A DNA stretch of 64,000 nt from Epiperipatus broadwayi. Its lineage: Eukaryota; Animalia; Onychophora. The translations under genes were made by a program, and so were the position numbers. How positions within the stretch are numbered: position 1 is the stretch's first letter; every line of letters begins with the position of its first letter. Of this stretch, positions 23,516 to 38,000 are shown piece after piece. Where the stretch lies: assembly GCA_028023455.1 (NCBI GenBank), contig JAQFVV010000006.1:19716001-19780000 (forward strand), given 5' to 3'. The notes below the pieces were generated by a model, which was not told the DNA's origin, searched no databases, and saw nothing but the letters and a program-made list of their open reading frames with translations.

Positions 23516-26105
23516 AATATGTTATATGTTCCAATTGTTAAAATTTTAAGAATTTATTTCTTTATCTGTGTACAGTTGTATAGGAAGTGGACTACTTTGC
23601 CTACTCAAATTGCAAAAAAAAAAAAAAAAGAGGCAAAAAAATATCAATATTTTTGAGATAATAAAAAAAGAAGTCAGTAATTTCAAAATAAAACTATACT
23701 TGAAATAATAAATTAAAAGAAAACAAGTGGTTCTAGAATATAATGATATACAATACTGCAACTAATAAAATAACAGAAAAATAAACAATGGAAAGAGACT
23801 CATTAATTTATGTAAGATTACTGAACTATCTTCTGATATTAAGATAATCTTATGGTAGCTTGGGTTTTTTTCTTATTATCAATTAGCAGATGTCAGAATT
23901 TTAAAAAAAAGCATATATTGATGAAATCTGTCTTTGGTGAGAGCCTGAGGGAGCTCTGAATTTGTAATCATTTAATCTCTTCTACTAAGCATTACAAACT
24001 TCACTGCCAAGTACTTATAACCATTTCTCAAATGCTTTACAGTGTCATAAAAATACAATAAACATTAAAATAAATACACATATTCCAAGTCATCATTAAT
24101 ATCTTTATCGTTCCACATTACACCACCTATCTGCATTACATATGATACTAGTAATTATCACATGATGATGCTATAATATGGTTCTATCTCATTTATCTAA
24201 TAAACATATAGTTTTGATGATTAAATAATGATGTTATTCGCATATGATGTCTTTTGAATAATTCTATAGTTTTAGCAATTTCTAAGTTGAACAATATATT
24301 AAATATTTTGGACATTTTCACATAAACAAAAAACTTATGTAAATGTGAAGAAAAAAGAGATAACAGAAATTATCTTTTAAAAAAATCTGATAAATAAAAT
24401 AGATAATAAATTATAGGCAAGTGCAACAAAAAGTAAACCCACAATCATAATATCTTTAAAAAATGCATGTTTGAATCATAGCAATGAAAAAATCAATATA
24501 ATAAAGCCATGATATATGCTACTTCAGTTATATGTTATCAAAAAAAAAGTGTAAACAAACAAAAAATACAAATATTAAAATTTATTAATTTAGCAAATTT
24601 CATGTTACAATAGTAGCCATTTTTCCATCTTGGAGGACTATATATGATCATATTTATTAATAATGTATATTCAGCTTATGCTTAAACCATACACATTTTA
24701 TTCTTCACTTTGTTATCCTTCCTGAATTTGATATATGCAGTAATTGATGTAATAAAATGTTTCCTAAGCATAAAGCTAAAAGTTTCATAAAAATTAATAA
24801 AATTCTTAAAATATCTTTTCTAAGTGATTTCATAGTAGAAGAAAAAAACTGTAAATTGTTCTTATATTGCATCAGAAATTTTAAAAAGTTTGAAGACATT
24901 AAATGCTAATCTAAAATGAGTCACAGCCATTAGGAGTACTTTGTATAGATTCCATAATCAATGCAGACTTAAAAACATAAAAACAATTAGTGTGCTAACA
25001 ATGAGACAGCTATTTCATTTCAGAGAAAAAAGTTATAGAAGAAAAGGATATTACCCAGAGCATATTTAATTGCTATGAAAGTCTGATATTTCACTATTCA
25101 TTTCATTTAAAATACTAAAAATATGGTCAAGTTTATTATTTTTATTTTTTGAGTGAACACCCACACAGTAAATATACTTATACTCTCTCAATTTAATATA
25201 ACACCTAAACTTAAGTATAAACATTATACTTGTATTCAAATATCATCTGTGCTATATATTCTACTGTAATCAAAGTTTATCAATAAAATGTCAGCTATTA
25301 TATGCAATGTACATGAGGGGATCTTAACACAAAATGCTCATCGACTATATATTATTTTACAATGAGTTCAAAAGAGGGCACTTCAATGTTGCTTAACAAT
25401 CTTCAGACATGTGTCCATGCACATAAACCTCTGACCTTATCTAAAAAAAGCCATCTTAATCACACAGCATAATATAAGTTTCAGTTCTTTAATATAACTA
25501 TCTAATATATGTATTAAATCTATATGTACAATTCTTACATAACCAGATAATGGTGGACATCTTTTTAATACAATTTGTTCTGGCATATGAATTTAAGAGT
25601 TACTATTATAAATAAACTTAATGGATTCTAGCAGAATAGTAATTATTACATGAAAAATATTTTTTCAAGTTTAAAAAAATATTTATAGCAAAAATAAATT
25701 GCAAATTTAGTTCCTTTTGTAAAAATATAATCAATATCCTTTCTTTAATTCAACAGTTTGAAGCATTATTCATTCTAAAAGTGTCTCTCCTTGTCTATTT
25801 ATTCAATCTGAACATTAGACGATCTTTAAATTGATCTTGGAAGCTGATGTTCAAACAGACAAATAATTTTCAGGCAGTGTTAGTGGAGGAATACAAAATG
25901 CAACAAGAAAATATTTTTTTAACTAAATGAGTTAAGTCTTATTCACTGAGAAAAATAAATAAATAACAAGTCTATGCTTTGCTAAAGTATAATTATTTAA
26001 AATTAATTTGATTTTATATATATATAAAGTTTTTAGCATCATCTATGGCTATATGATTTTTATAATCTTTAACCTATTTAAAAATTACTTACAACCCAAT
26101 TTAAT

Positions 26106-26366
26106 AATTGATAATAAATTGAAAGTATGCTAGCCTTTCACATGCGCAATTATAACTGAGACAGCCAATCAGATTTTAAACAGCTATCTAATAAACAATC
26201 AAGCTTAGACACGAGACAGAGATTTTGATATCAACCTTTTCTATCAAAATCTCTGTCTCGTGTCTAAGCTTGATTGTTTATTAGATAGCTGTTTAAAATC
26301 TGATTGGCTGTCTCAGTTATAATTGCGCATGTGAAAGGCTAGCATACTTTCAATTTATTATCAATT
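26106..26366. repeat. Perfect palindrome: 125-bp arms, 11-nt loop
   Basis: 26106-26230 is the exact reverse complement of 26242-26366 by base-by-base reading; loop TCAACCTTTTC. Confidence 0.97.
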
Positions 26367-26950
26367 TTTAACAACATGCAATTTAGATAAATATTGTTTA
26401 CTCAATTTAAGAAATTATCACAAGTCATCTTGTAGGGAATAGTTTAGCTGCAACTTTCATTTAATTATAATAAAGTACAAGAAAGTACACTTTTATAAAA
26501 ATAAAACAATACAAATTATAATTTGTAAATTATCATCAATTTTTTTTCTTGTTTTTATGGACAAATACTCATATTCATATCAAATAAATTAATACAGAGA
26601 TTCCTCCAACTTATTTATCACCTGACAGCATTAATTATAGGCACACATGAAATAGTAAATATATATCATAAGGGTTTTAATAATTATCATATTACCTTCT
26701 ATACTCATAATTTAGATTTAAATCTAAAAAAAATTTGGACATTTTTTCCAGATAGATGAGAATTTCTAACAAGTTTATATTTTTATTTCAGGCAGCAAAT
26801 TCACAGTCACCCACTTATTGATTGGCAAATGAATAATATTTAACTATTCTAAGGACAACTAAGTAGAATAAAGTAAAAAAAGATAATCATAAACTTTGAC
26901 TAACTTAATCTCTAATACACCTGGGTCTTTGACTAATTTAATCTCTAATA

Positions 26951-28213
26951 CACCTGGGTCTCGTTTTACGTGATAGATAGGTTCCACAGAAAACACGCGC
27001 AAATGAAATCGCGCAAAAATAGACGTAACTTACCTTGAAAAAGGGGGGATGCGGTCTATGATTTTTCAAAAATCGCATAAAAGCAAAGCACCAATGTAAA
27101 ATTACTTTAAAATTCGCGCAAAAAAAAATAAGGAAATGAAATATGACTAATAAAAAATTTCAAATTTGAAAAAAATTGATACAAGACAAACTTTTTTAAC
27201 TATTTTTTAACTATAATATTTAATTTTATTCAAAACAATATGTATTTTTGTGCATACATTTTTTATACACGTTTTAATTATTATCGCTATTTGCCGGTAA
27301 ATAGGTTCATTTGCAAACTGTCAGATTCTTCACAAGAGAAAATACAACTAGTGCCAATGTTGTGATAATAGTTTTCTGGTGACAACATAATTAGTAATTA
27401 ATCTTTGAGATGATGATTTTATTAATTGTTTATGAACGCAATATCCAGACATACAACCATTTAGCTCTCGTTGGAATTTAAGAGCATGTTCATGATTAGT
27501 GTCATTAATAAGAAAATAATTTGCCAACTGATTAGAAAGTTGAAGACCTTCTTGAATCATTTTTGCAGTGAAAGGAACAGGTTCCACTTCTGTTTCATTA
27601 TCTTTTTCTACATTTTTTCTGTACCTAAACTTTTATTTTTGTCTTTAATTTTTTAATTTTCAATTCCGTTTAAAAATCAAATTTCATTTCACATTACATT
27701 AATTTCAGGTCACCTTAACTAATTTTTAAATTGCTAATTACAATTAAAAATCAGATTTTAATTTTTAATTGTCAAATTTAATTGTGCCCACTGCTTTTAC
27801 TCACCTTTTAAAAATAAACTTGCGGACACTAAATGATTAATAATTGATTATGTTCTTTTTTAAAAAGCAAAAACAGAAAGTGATTTAAAATGCAAAATTA
27901 ACACTCACAATGTTTGAACAAATTTACATTATAATCTTATAAAATTAAATGTGTGTATACATAAAATGTGGAAATCATGATTTTAATTTCATTATTGCAT
28001 AAAATCTTACTATTATAAAGCACTGAAAATATTGAAATTATTAAGATGAAAGTCGAATTCCAATAATGTGCTATTACTTTCAATATGACGTAAGTGTGCA
28101 AAATTTATTATTTAAAGTAATAGCACATTATCGGAGTTCGACTTCCGAAAAAACATGAATCGCGTAACTTCAAAATCGCGTTAAATAAATCCACGTAAAA
28201 AGAGACCCAGGTG
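26951..28213 (-). mobile_element. Tigger/pogo-like Tc1-mariner DNA transposon, internally deleted
   Basis: TIRs CACCTGGGTCTCGTTTTACGTG / CACGTAAAAAGAGACCCAGGTG with TA on both sides; minus ORF 27348-27587 (INDTNHEHALKFQRELNGCMSGY...LITNY) resembles the Tigger transposase C-terminus; internal 31-bp-arm hairpin at 28050-28144. Confidence 0.85.
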
Positions 28214-28697
28214 TACTTTTCTTAGAAAGATATTAGAGATCTTTCCATTGCGTTTGATATTTTATTGCCACATATTAATCAATGCCATTTATTGATCAAA
28301 ATTCTGTTCAACATAGGGATAGCAAATGCCTAGCTCAAATTCATATTTCCAAGGCAAAATCTCTAAGTACTGATTTTTAATAAACTTGTATGCAATATTA
28401 AAAACATTACTGCATGAAACATGTAATAGAAACTCATTCTTACAAGTTGGTTTCCTGTATAAAACTTTAGGATCAGGCAAAAATGAAATTCATTACTGTG
28501 GTGAGCCTGCATATTATTATGTATGGTGATTGGAGAATTCTTCAATTTGAATATATTTCACTATATAAATACATATATAAAAGTTAAAATATCAAAAACC
28601 ATATACAAAATATACTAATATTATATAAAACATAATGTTTTACAAAAAATTGACCTTCTCTCTCTCTCTTTTTAAATAGAGAAGTTTAAATATACTG

Positions 28698-28890
28698 TTA
28701 AAGGGAGGTTGCCATGACAACGGTTTGAATTTGTTGATTGTTGCTGATATTAGGATTGTCAATCCCATCTTTATTGTTAAAAGGAGGTTGCCGTGACAAC
28801 AGTTTGAATTTGTTGATTGTTATTAATATTGAGGTTGCCTTGACAACAGTTTGAATTTGTTGATTGTTATTCATATTGGGATTGTCTAAG
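28698..28890 (+). repeat. Three tandem copies of GAGGTTGCCNTGACAACNGTTTGAATTTGTTGATTGTT
   Basis: Cores at 28708-28721, 28787-28800, 28834-28847; related reverse copy at 40873-40895. Confidence 0.9.
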
Positions 28891-29639
28891 TGTTGACTGG
28901 TTTTTAATGATATATATTTTTGTAAAATATTATGCTTTATTTTTATTGATGCTTATTGCAAATTATAGACAAATTTTTTTTGGTATTTTTTGATTTGCAA
29001 ATTTTTTTGTTTTTATTTTGTTTCAGATAAATCGCTGAATTATGCCTTGAGAAAGATTATAGATAATAATCAAAATATTGGTGGCTTTTTTTTTATCTAA
29101 ATAAAGTTTAGTTCAGTAAAAAAAATATATAAAATTTATATATTTCATTATAGTATTCAGTCTAACTTTTCAGATTTGATAATTATATACATCAGCAGCT
29201 GCCACTAGCAAATAAATTCGTCCATTCCAAATCCCAAAACAAAAGACACATTAGAGATGAATTTTGTGAAAATTTTACAAAACAATTTGTGAATTATAAA
29301 CACATATAAAAATGCTGGTTCACTTTTTTGTTTAGCTCATATTTTACAATGCTATTTTTTAACTTCTGAGATGTTGTATTTTAAATACTTCAATACCATG
29401 TCTAATTGTAGTTCTCTGATATATTCAATTCTCCATCATATCTTTCTAATACAAACAATCACACATTATACTTCTTTAAAATACCCTTGAGATAATCTTA
29501 TAAATGAGATCTAACTCTTCCATGAAACCCACATGAAAGTTCATCATAAAACAATCTTTCATCCTCTTTTACTTTTTGCTCCTTATTTCTAATGAATATT
29601 TGTGTTTTTTCAGCAGTTTTCTGGAAAATTTTACAGCGT

Positions 29640-32500
29640 TTGAACAGGTAAGCTCATTACCTTTATTTTTATATAAAAAATGAAGCTTTCAAGAAACTTG
29701 GAAGTTATAAAAATATCAAAATTACTAACAAGGCAAAGATTAATGACTCCATTATAGAATTGGAAAAAAGCCCCAAACCTAATCCACTCCCGGCAAAAAA
29801 ATAAAGAAATTGTCCAAAAATAAAAATTTGGATGAACATTTGATGTTAAATGATAAAAGAATGATAGCAAATACATTTCTAAAATAAAACACAAGAAAGC
29901 CTATGAAGCAGATTTCTGAAGCTTCAGCAATGTTTGAAATAATTAACAAGCATGAAAAAGCTGTGAAACATAAAATTAAATCCAAGACCAAGGATAAAAA
30001 CAAATCAACTGACAACAAAAATCAGAATATAACATCATATATTGTAAAAGAAGATCCTAAAGCCAGACACTCAGTTAACTTTGGGCAGAGAAAAAATCTA
30101 AAGAAATCTGTTTGTAATGACCGCTTTCTTGCTTACAAAAATAAAAATGTGTAAGATGATTTTATAGTTGTAAATGTTAAAACGCAAAGTAATAAGCCCA
30201 TTTTTTTTTATAATGATAAAAATAAAGGAGAAGGAAAACCTGAAAAGAATTTAATTTTGGGATTGAATAATGGAGAAAATGAAGCCTTGAAACAAAAAGT
30301 TAAATCTGATTTTGCTTATAGCAGAATGACAGAAAGGCAGATCTATAAAAATGCCAGTAGCACAATTAAGCCTTCAAGATGATTTCATGAACAGAGGGAG
30401 TCAATAACCTATCTGTGAATAGTGCTCATCCCCTGAATCTTAGTAATGAACATGTTAAAGCTGGACCTTGAAATTTCAAGAGTGAGACTTTTGCTGTTAG
30501 ATCTAATCTCAAAAATAATAAACATGAAATATCTGATGGATATAGTCAGAAAGATCTATGCAAATGTAGCACAATTCAATGGAAATAAACCTGTTGCTTC
30601 AAGCAATAAGCTATTTGATATATATGATTTTTTTTTTTGATTTTGTGGATAAAGAATGGAAGAACTGCTTGCCATCTCAGAAGGTTGTAGTTGGAAAATT
30701 GCATAAGTAATGACTCAACAACAGTTAGTAAGGTGATAAAAAAATTCAACTCCACCATCCCGGATCAGCTTTACAGGTCCTTCCAAAACTTTCACAGTAA
30801 TAGAACCTTGATTATGGCAGTCACTAACTTGAAGTGCCAGTTGTTCAGGTTTCCAGTAGAGGATCTCTATGCAAACCTAAGTGTGAAAAACCATTAGAAG
30901 ATGGTTTATAAGGTGTTAGTGCATCCAAACAACCGTATACAATACTAGAATGTCATGGTAAAGTATAAAAGGAATATATCAAAGAAAATATGATTAGGTT
31001 GGGAGATAAGATCGTCTGCTGGATAAACATGGACAACCCCCTTGTTTTGTCTGGCCTAATCCATAAATGCTATTTGAACTTTCAAGAGGTGGACCTCCAA
31101 CACCAACTTACTAATGGAATAGTATCTAGTTTTAGATACCTCATGGAGAAGAGAGTAGACATGCGGGTCCTTACCAACTTGTCTCTCTTCAATCTCACAA
31201 TGAATAAAATTTTGTACCCATCGATATCCTTACCATTTTTTCTTCGGAGATTTTGCCATTGGTGGTTTCATTTTGGGGCATGCCTGCGCAATGTTTCTTC
31301 TGCAGGCAACATACACATTTAGTCCGAGACTTTCCTGCAAGGATTTGCCAGTTCTGCAGAGTTAAGAAAAACAAATTTCACAAATGCAAACCGGTTTACT
31401 TGAGCTCCCCCCCCCCCTACAACAGATCCAATTGCAGATGATTTGAATGTTGCAAAACATCCAGACACTGTGACAATGGAATCAATACAAGTAGAGCCAG
31501 ATATACCTTCAGGAATTGCTGGATATAGCATGCCACATCAAAACATGGAGATTTCTTCGTTTCCCTCTGGAGAATGCGAGTTGGCTTTACATGACAGTGA
31601 TTCAATGCTGACTGAGGAGTTCCCAGTGCTGCAAAGTGCTAGACTACCCAAATGGAAATCAAGAAGGGATCCAAAAAGACAGTAATCTACTAGCTAAAAA
31701 GAAAGATGCAGAAGATTCACAAGGATAATATACAGGATCTGATGGTTCAGATAATGCACTGGCAATGGGGAAAAAAGGAGAACTGCTAGAAAGGATGATT
31801 TGGTTGGCCTATTGGAGGGCTGGTTTTGACACTCGTCGGATTTGCTCATTCAGTCCACTTAATCTGGCAGATTAAAGTTCAGGAAACAGATTATGAATAT
31901 TAGTTTGGATGATCAGACTTGTTCTGACTTGGATCCCGACAAGGTTGGTCCAGGTTGGAAGAGTGTGGAAAATGCAATCTCTCCCTCTGGTATATTGCTG
32001 ACAGATGTGAATAATTATAAAGGCATAGGCCAGTAGCATCGGATTGGTTTGATCATTCTTCACCAACTGGATGGATAGGATCCACAATATCTAATGTTAA
32101 CAATCATGTCCAAATAAACACAAACTTTCTTAAAGACGATATCTTTCAGGGTGCTCCCAACAAATCAATTTCTTGTTTAAAGATTTTTTTAAGTTGGACC
32201 CAGTCTGTCAGTTATGTAAAAAGTCTGAAACGACACACTTTTTTGGTGTGATGAACTAAAGATTGATAGAGATATAATCCATGCTATAGATAGATCAGGG
32301 AGTCCCCCTCACTGCGATTGCAGACTGCATCAGGAAGGGACTCTTCCCACTGATTAGGCTTTCTATGTTTCTATTATTTACTGTTTGGACAATCAGGTGC
32401 AAGCTTGTATTTCATCAATATAAAAGACAAAAACTCTAATCATTAACTCACTGAAATCTTTTGTAACTGTTAGTATACAATAAAATGTTTAAAAAAAAAA
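29640..32500 (+). mobile_element. Diverged, internally deleted relative of the 8058-14313 element (ORF1 + ORF2 C-terminus + poly(A))
   Basis: ORF1 homology: KFNSTIPDQLYRSFQNFHSNRTLIMAVTN vs EFNKTIPNSLYKSFANYYSDKSLILAITN, and QCFFCRQHTHLVRDFPARICQFC vs QCFFCLQRTHLIKDCAARICTHC; ORF2 end: VLPTN, DPVCQLC, LIRLSMFLLFTVWTIRCK vs IIRLSTFVLYSIWIVRCK; AATAAA 32479-32484 then A10 32491-32500. 5' boundary approximate, no TSD found. Confidence 0.85.
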
Positions 32501-32759
32501 GTCTGGTAAGTAAATCCAAACCAACAATGGTGTGACTTTATAATAATGAATTCTACAGCATTACCTCCAGAAAAATGGAAAACATATTGATAGATATGTC
32601 ACTATTAATAAAAACAATAGCTCTATATACAGGTAATTTAATTGTAATAGTTATTTGATAAAATATCGTAATTTTTAACTCAATAAAAGCAGCAATACAT
32701 TGAAGTTCCGGCTAAACCGCAACATTTAAGTCCATTTTTCTGCTTGCAAAACTACCCAA

Positions 32760-35050
32760 ATATTTTCAATTGATTTACATTCCTAAGCTGATAGCCATTC
32801 ATGTTAAAAATTAGTAAAAACTTGAGTTTTTGACCAGTAATTATTAAAGCAAAGTATTATATGTTGCATTTAAAACATTAAGTGCATTCTGTAAATCATT
32901 TTGTGAATTTACAAAAATAGCACTATCATCAGCGTATTGTAAATTCAGAATTCATGATATGGACTTTTGTTTTCCATTTTTAATCAATTCAAATTAGTAA
33001 TTCCATCATCAAACTTGCATCACATCTTGAATTCTGATTCATTAAGTCACTTAATAAACAGTTTCAAAGACCAATGTTATAAAAATCGGAAACAATGTTG
33101 AAGCATCCTTTTTTGACACTAATTTTTATTAAAATATCTCAAATATTCTACTTATGTATAACAGAAATAAACTTTGGTGGACCATTAATTTTAACCAATA
33201 TCATAAATAGACTGTTCACTAATTGAGTGAAATTTCTTGATCAATTCAATAGAAATCACTCTTTTATTCCTATACTTTTCTTGCATTTATTTTCCTGGCA
33301 ACAAACACCATATCTAAAATAATTCTTGATTCATCTATGGTAGAAAGCAATCCATTCAACAAAATCTTTAAAAATAACTGTTATAATGGATAAGAAAAAT
33401 ATTTCTGATAATTGTTACAATCTTAACTACTCCCTTCCTTTTTAAAAATCAGAACAATAGAAACATACTTAAAATCAGGCAGTATAACTTAATGAGTCCA
33501 TATGTTTCTAAAAAATTCCAATATTTTTGAAGCTAACATATCACCCCATATTTAAAACATCTTTGGGTATCTCATCAGAATCTGCTTTAAGATTACAAAG
33601 ATCTTTTTTAACTTCAGTAAGCTGGATATCTTTGTCAAAATCTAAATAAATACATAAAATGAATAAATCATTAAAAATCATTATTCAAAAAATGATTAAA
33701 ATACTCCTACCTATTCAAAACACCATTACCATCATGTCCATATGCTGTCTTCAATGCATCAACGAAAGATCTATATGTGACCATAATCAGTAAATATCTG
33801 TATATCATTTAAATCACCAATTACTTTTAAATCTTCTTGCCATTCATTGAACTTGTCTTTAAATTTCTATATTTATTGTGAAGCTCCACATTAAATTTAT
33901 AATTCTGCCAAAAAGAAATCCCACATTTCCTTTTAATCAAACCACCAATATTAAGATCATTATCAAATATTCAGTCATGATTTCTCTTTTTAGTGAACTC
34001 AAAAATAGATGTATCTTGCATTCATAATTCACTTCTTGCCTCAATAGCATGACTATCATGAAAATCCAAATTATTAATTTTAGTGTTTAATAGTTATTGA
34101 AATTTAACATATATAGTAGATATTTCTAAATAATGAATTTTTTACCCCAATATAATCAGAATAAGACATTTTTTTAATGCCACTAACATTTTAATATTGG
34201 AATGTTCTAATCTATGATACACCTGACCATTTGTATTTATAAGTGTTAGTGTAATATGAATCTCTCTTGCATTGTGACTTCTAACTATAATGTAATTTAT
34301 TAAATGTCATTATTTTGAGGATTGATACATCCATGTTCCTTTATAGTAATTTTCAAGGAATAAAAACTTTTCTCTGAATTCTATGACTTTAATTTTGGAG
34401 AATATGCACTAATAAAATGAGCACTGGTACTTTTGTGCAAGACAACTTTTAATATTCTTAACCTTTCATTTATACAACAAGGAATTCCAGGAATAGAAGA
34501 TACTAAATTAAACTAAGAAGGAAATGCAACCCCAAAAAACCTGTAATCAGATAAACGTTTTTACTCTGGATCAGACATCTGTTCCATTAAATTTGCTTCA
34601 TATGGAAGACAAGTTTTATTTAAAAACAGTTATATTAAACTTAATTAGTTCCTTACCCACAAGTGTTGTTCTTCAGTCTGTTTTCAAGAGTTTATATCAA
34701 ATAATGTCTGTACAATCCATGTATTTATATTTAGAAAAAAAAAAGATTTATAATAGCTATCTTTTAATATCACCACCACCTTCTGCTTGCCCACTATTAC
34801 TGATATTATTTCTATTGATTTAATAAATAATCTACTAAGCATGACAATCTAATCAGACTGAGTGAAAGAAACCCATTTTAGACATTTTTAAAAAACTTTC
34901 TATTTCTGTGGTAGGCAGGATAATCTCTAAACATACAATCCGCACAGCTGAAACTTCTGTCTCAAGTAACAGTATCCATTCATTAATGACTGTAATACCT
35001 TGAGCACTAATGACAATTGGATTACTAAGTCTGTCCCTTTCATTGCTTTC
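32760..35050 (-). pseudogene. Degenerate RTE-BovB-like LINE remnant
   Basis: Minus-strand fragments RSFVDALKTAYG, DSDEIPKDVLKYG, LPDFKYVSIVLIFKK...DCNNY, GVKKGC, LQYADDSAIF in the expected order; boundaries approximate. Confidence 0.65.
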
Positions 35051-38000
35051 TTAATTCTTGAGGCTTCAGTTTAAAAAAAATGAATGAAAAAGGAAAATGG
35101 AATCTGAAATGCCGTGTGTATAGTTTAAGCATGGAAGAGAAGTTACATAAATACCCAATTCCCATTGTAATAGTAAATATAGAATGATAACCAATGGCAT
35201 GAGCAATATATAATGACCGAGCTGTATATTAACTTAAATAAGTGAAGAAAAAAAATAGAAAAAAAGACTGCTTCAGAAACAGTATCACTCATTGATTAAC
35301 TATCATCTTATCTTACAATGCAGCAAAAACTATTTTTGGTTGACCACTATTTATCTGTTAGAACTACCTCTCATATCTAAAAGTTATTCCACTATTTGTC
35401 ATCAATGGAGACCATCGTATAAATACCCTAACTGCCACTTAAAACTAGATCTTCATCAACATAAAGATTTTAGTATACATTTATTTTCATTCTCATTATT
35501 GTTAACAAATCAAGTCAAATTTGCATACATTTATTCAAAAGGAAGCACTTCATTGTAACAGACCTTCAAAGAATATCAAATAGACACATACTGAAATAAA
35601 ATCTGAAGTGAAAGAAAAAATTCATTTCTTGGAATACTTTTTTCAGTGCTTTTTATGAACATTTAAAATATACTTCTTTATATTTTAGAATTCTAACTAC
35701 ATAATAAAATATTATGATAAAATAGTAGCACTTAATTATCATCATCTGTACTTCATTATTGCTTGCCTCCCTCTGTCTCAACATAATTTGATGAGTCCTT
35801 ACATCACAAACTATAAAATTATTAGCTCTCAATTAAAATTGGTTTTAGTAAGATAAAACAAAAATGGTTATATTCTAGAATGTAATAGTTTTCTTCATCC
35901 CATAATATTAATAAAAAATCTTCCAAATATTTTTTTTTTTTTTTAGTACTAATAAAATGTCAACTTTTTTCTCCAAAGCATTTCCAGATTGTTATCAAAA
36001 ACTTTTTTTTTTTTTTTAATCCACTTTTTCGCAGTTTATCTGCAAAACAATCTTCAATAAATTTTTAAACTGAATTACTTCAAATCAATTCTGATAAGAT
36101 TTACAAATTTTACAAGTAAACACATTACAAGTTTAGAAAATGAGTTATTGTGCAAGATATCTGAAATTATTACAAAATTCTATAATAAAAAATATTTTAG
36201 GAAAAATTTCAACTAAATTACAATTATTATAATTTTGTTATATTCTTTAGACCATATATTGCAGCCATCTTTTTTTTAAAAAAAAAAAAAAGAAAAAGCA
36301 TTTTCATAGTCTGAAATTGAGATATAAAAAAAAAATACTTTCCATCCCCAAACAAATTTCAAGTTAACATTAAATATATATATATTGAGAAATTTTCAAG
36401 ATTTTGCGAATTCTAGAGTATCAATAAAATCAAACAATCAATTATTTGATTAGAACACTACTAAATTTCCTCTTTCTTTCTGGAGAACCATAAATGACTA
36501 AATTAAATTTGTCCTATTTTGGTCATATCATAAAATGATTTAATTCATTAAAAATATATTGTAATGGTCAGCTGAGACTATAGATAGGGCCAACAACCCC
36601 CACTAAAGGGCACCACTAGATTTATCATCTACAATTTCTTACATTAAGGCATCAGGTTTCCTCCAGTGTTTAACCACTGATATTTATATAGGAAGATTAT
36701 AATTTAATGTTGAAGACATCTAACCATAGATACCTAAAAAGCCCTCAATCACTTTTAGTAATTTAATTTATGACCATTAGGTCACAGAGATCTAGAGATT
36801 CCTTAGAATATTCAGTTGACCACAGTTTATGATAATACAAGAATAATGACTAATAAAAGAGTTCTACTAAAATAAACAAAATAAAAATTTATTATAAATT
36901 TATTAGAACATATTAAAACATATATTATAATAAGTTTTAGTTGTTGTATTTTATAATTAACAGGAATACTTTAACATTTATTTAATCTGTTTATATATAC
37001 AATTATCTCAATGAATAATAACTATAAATCTTGACATATGACATTCTAATATCTTTTTGAATACCATTATGGTCCAAGTTTCAACAATAAACCAATAATA
37101 TCACTTATTTAATTAATAAATCTATTGACTGGGCAAGCTAAGGCTAAGTCGATACATCCGCACATATGTATTGCTTAAGACTTTTATTTAACAGGTGACA
37201 CTAGCACAGACTCCAATCAAGTATGAATATTACAAAACTTTTATTGATATACATTTAGTATGGCACCAATCACATACCTAATTTGTAAATATTTGAAATA
37301 CCTCTAAAAATAAAATAGCACACAAATTAGTTTGAAATCTAAAGAATAAGAATGTAAACCATTGGTAAATCATAGGCATGTATCAAAAATATATTTATAT
37401 AATAATGTGCATAAAATTTTGAAAATACTTTATTTAGATAAATATAACTATGACATACATCTGCAACTTATAGATATCATTATATAATCAGATCTGCTTA
37501 TAACTTTTAACTAACAAGAAAAACCTACTTTAACAAATCAACAAATAAAGACACTTTGCAGTGTCAGTTTCATCAGGTGAACAATAATCCCCTTAACTTT
37601 CTCACTCCCCTTCCTTTTTAAAAAAAAATATTTAAACATTGATCCTAATAAAATATTTAAAGTCTTACAGTATTCATACATATTAATTTCAAATAACTCC
37701 CATTGATAGATCTACTCTAATTTATTTTTTATATAGTTTTACATAAATACAAAGAAGTAATGTAGTTAATGACATAACATAACACTTAAGATTAAGAAAA
37801 GCATACTAAAAAAAAAATTTAAGAATAATATAAACTTCATAGGTGTTAACAATAGTCAAATCTGAAATGTTGACATTGTTAAATTTAAATAATTCTGATG
37901 TAAATATAATAAAAAAACAAAAAATAAAACAAAAATCAAATACCAGAGTTTATAGACAATTATCAACTATTACAGTAATAAATCTTTAATACAAAACAAT

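Noticed and set aside
28698-28890. CRISPR-like array
   Set aside because: Eukaryotic context, irregular and related spacers, only three units, no cas genes
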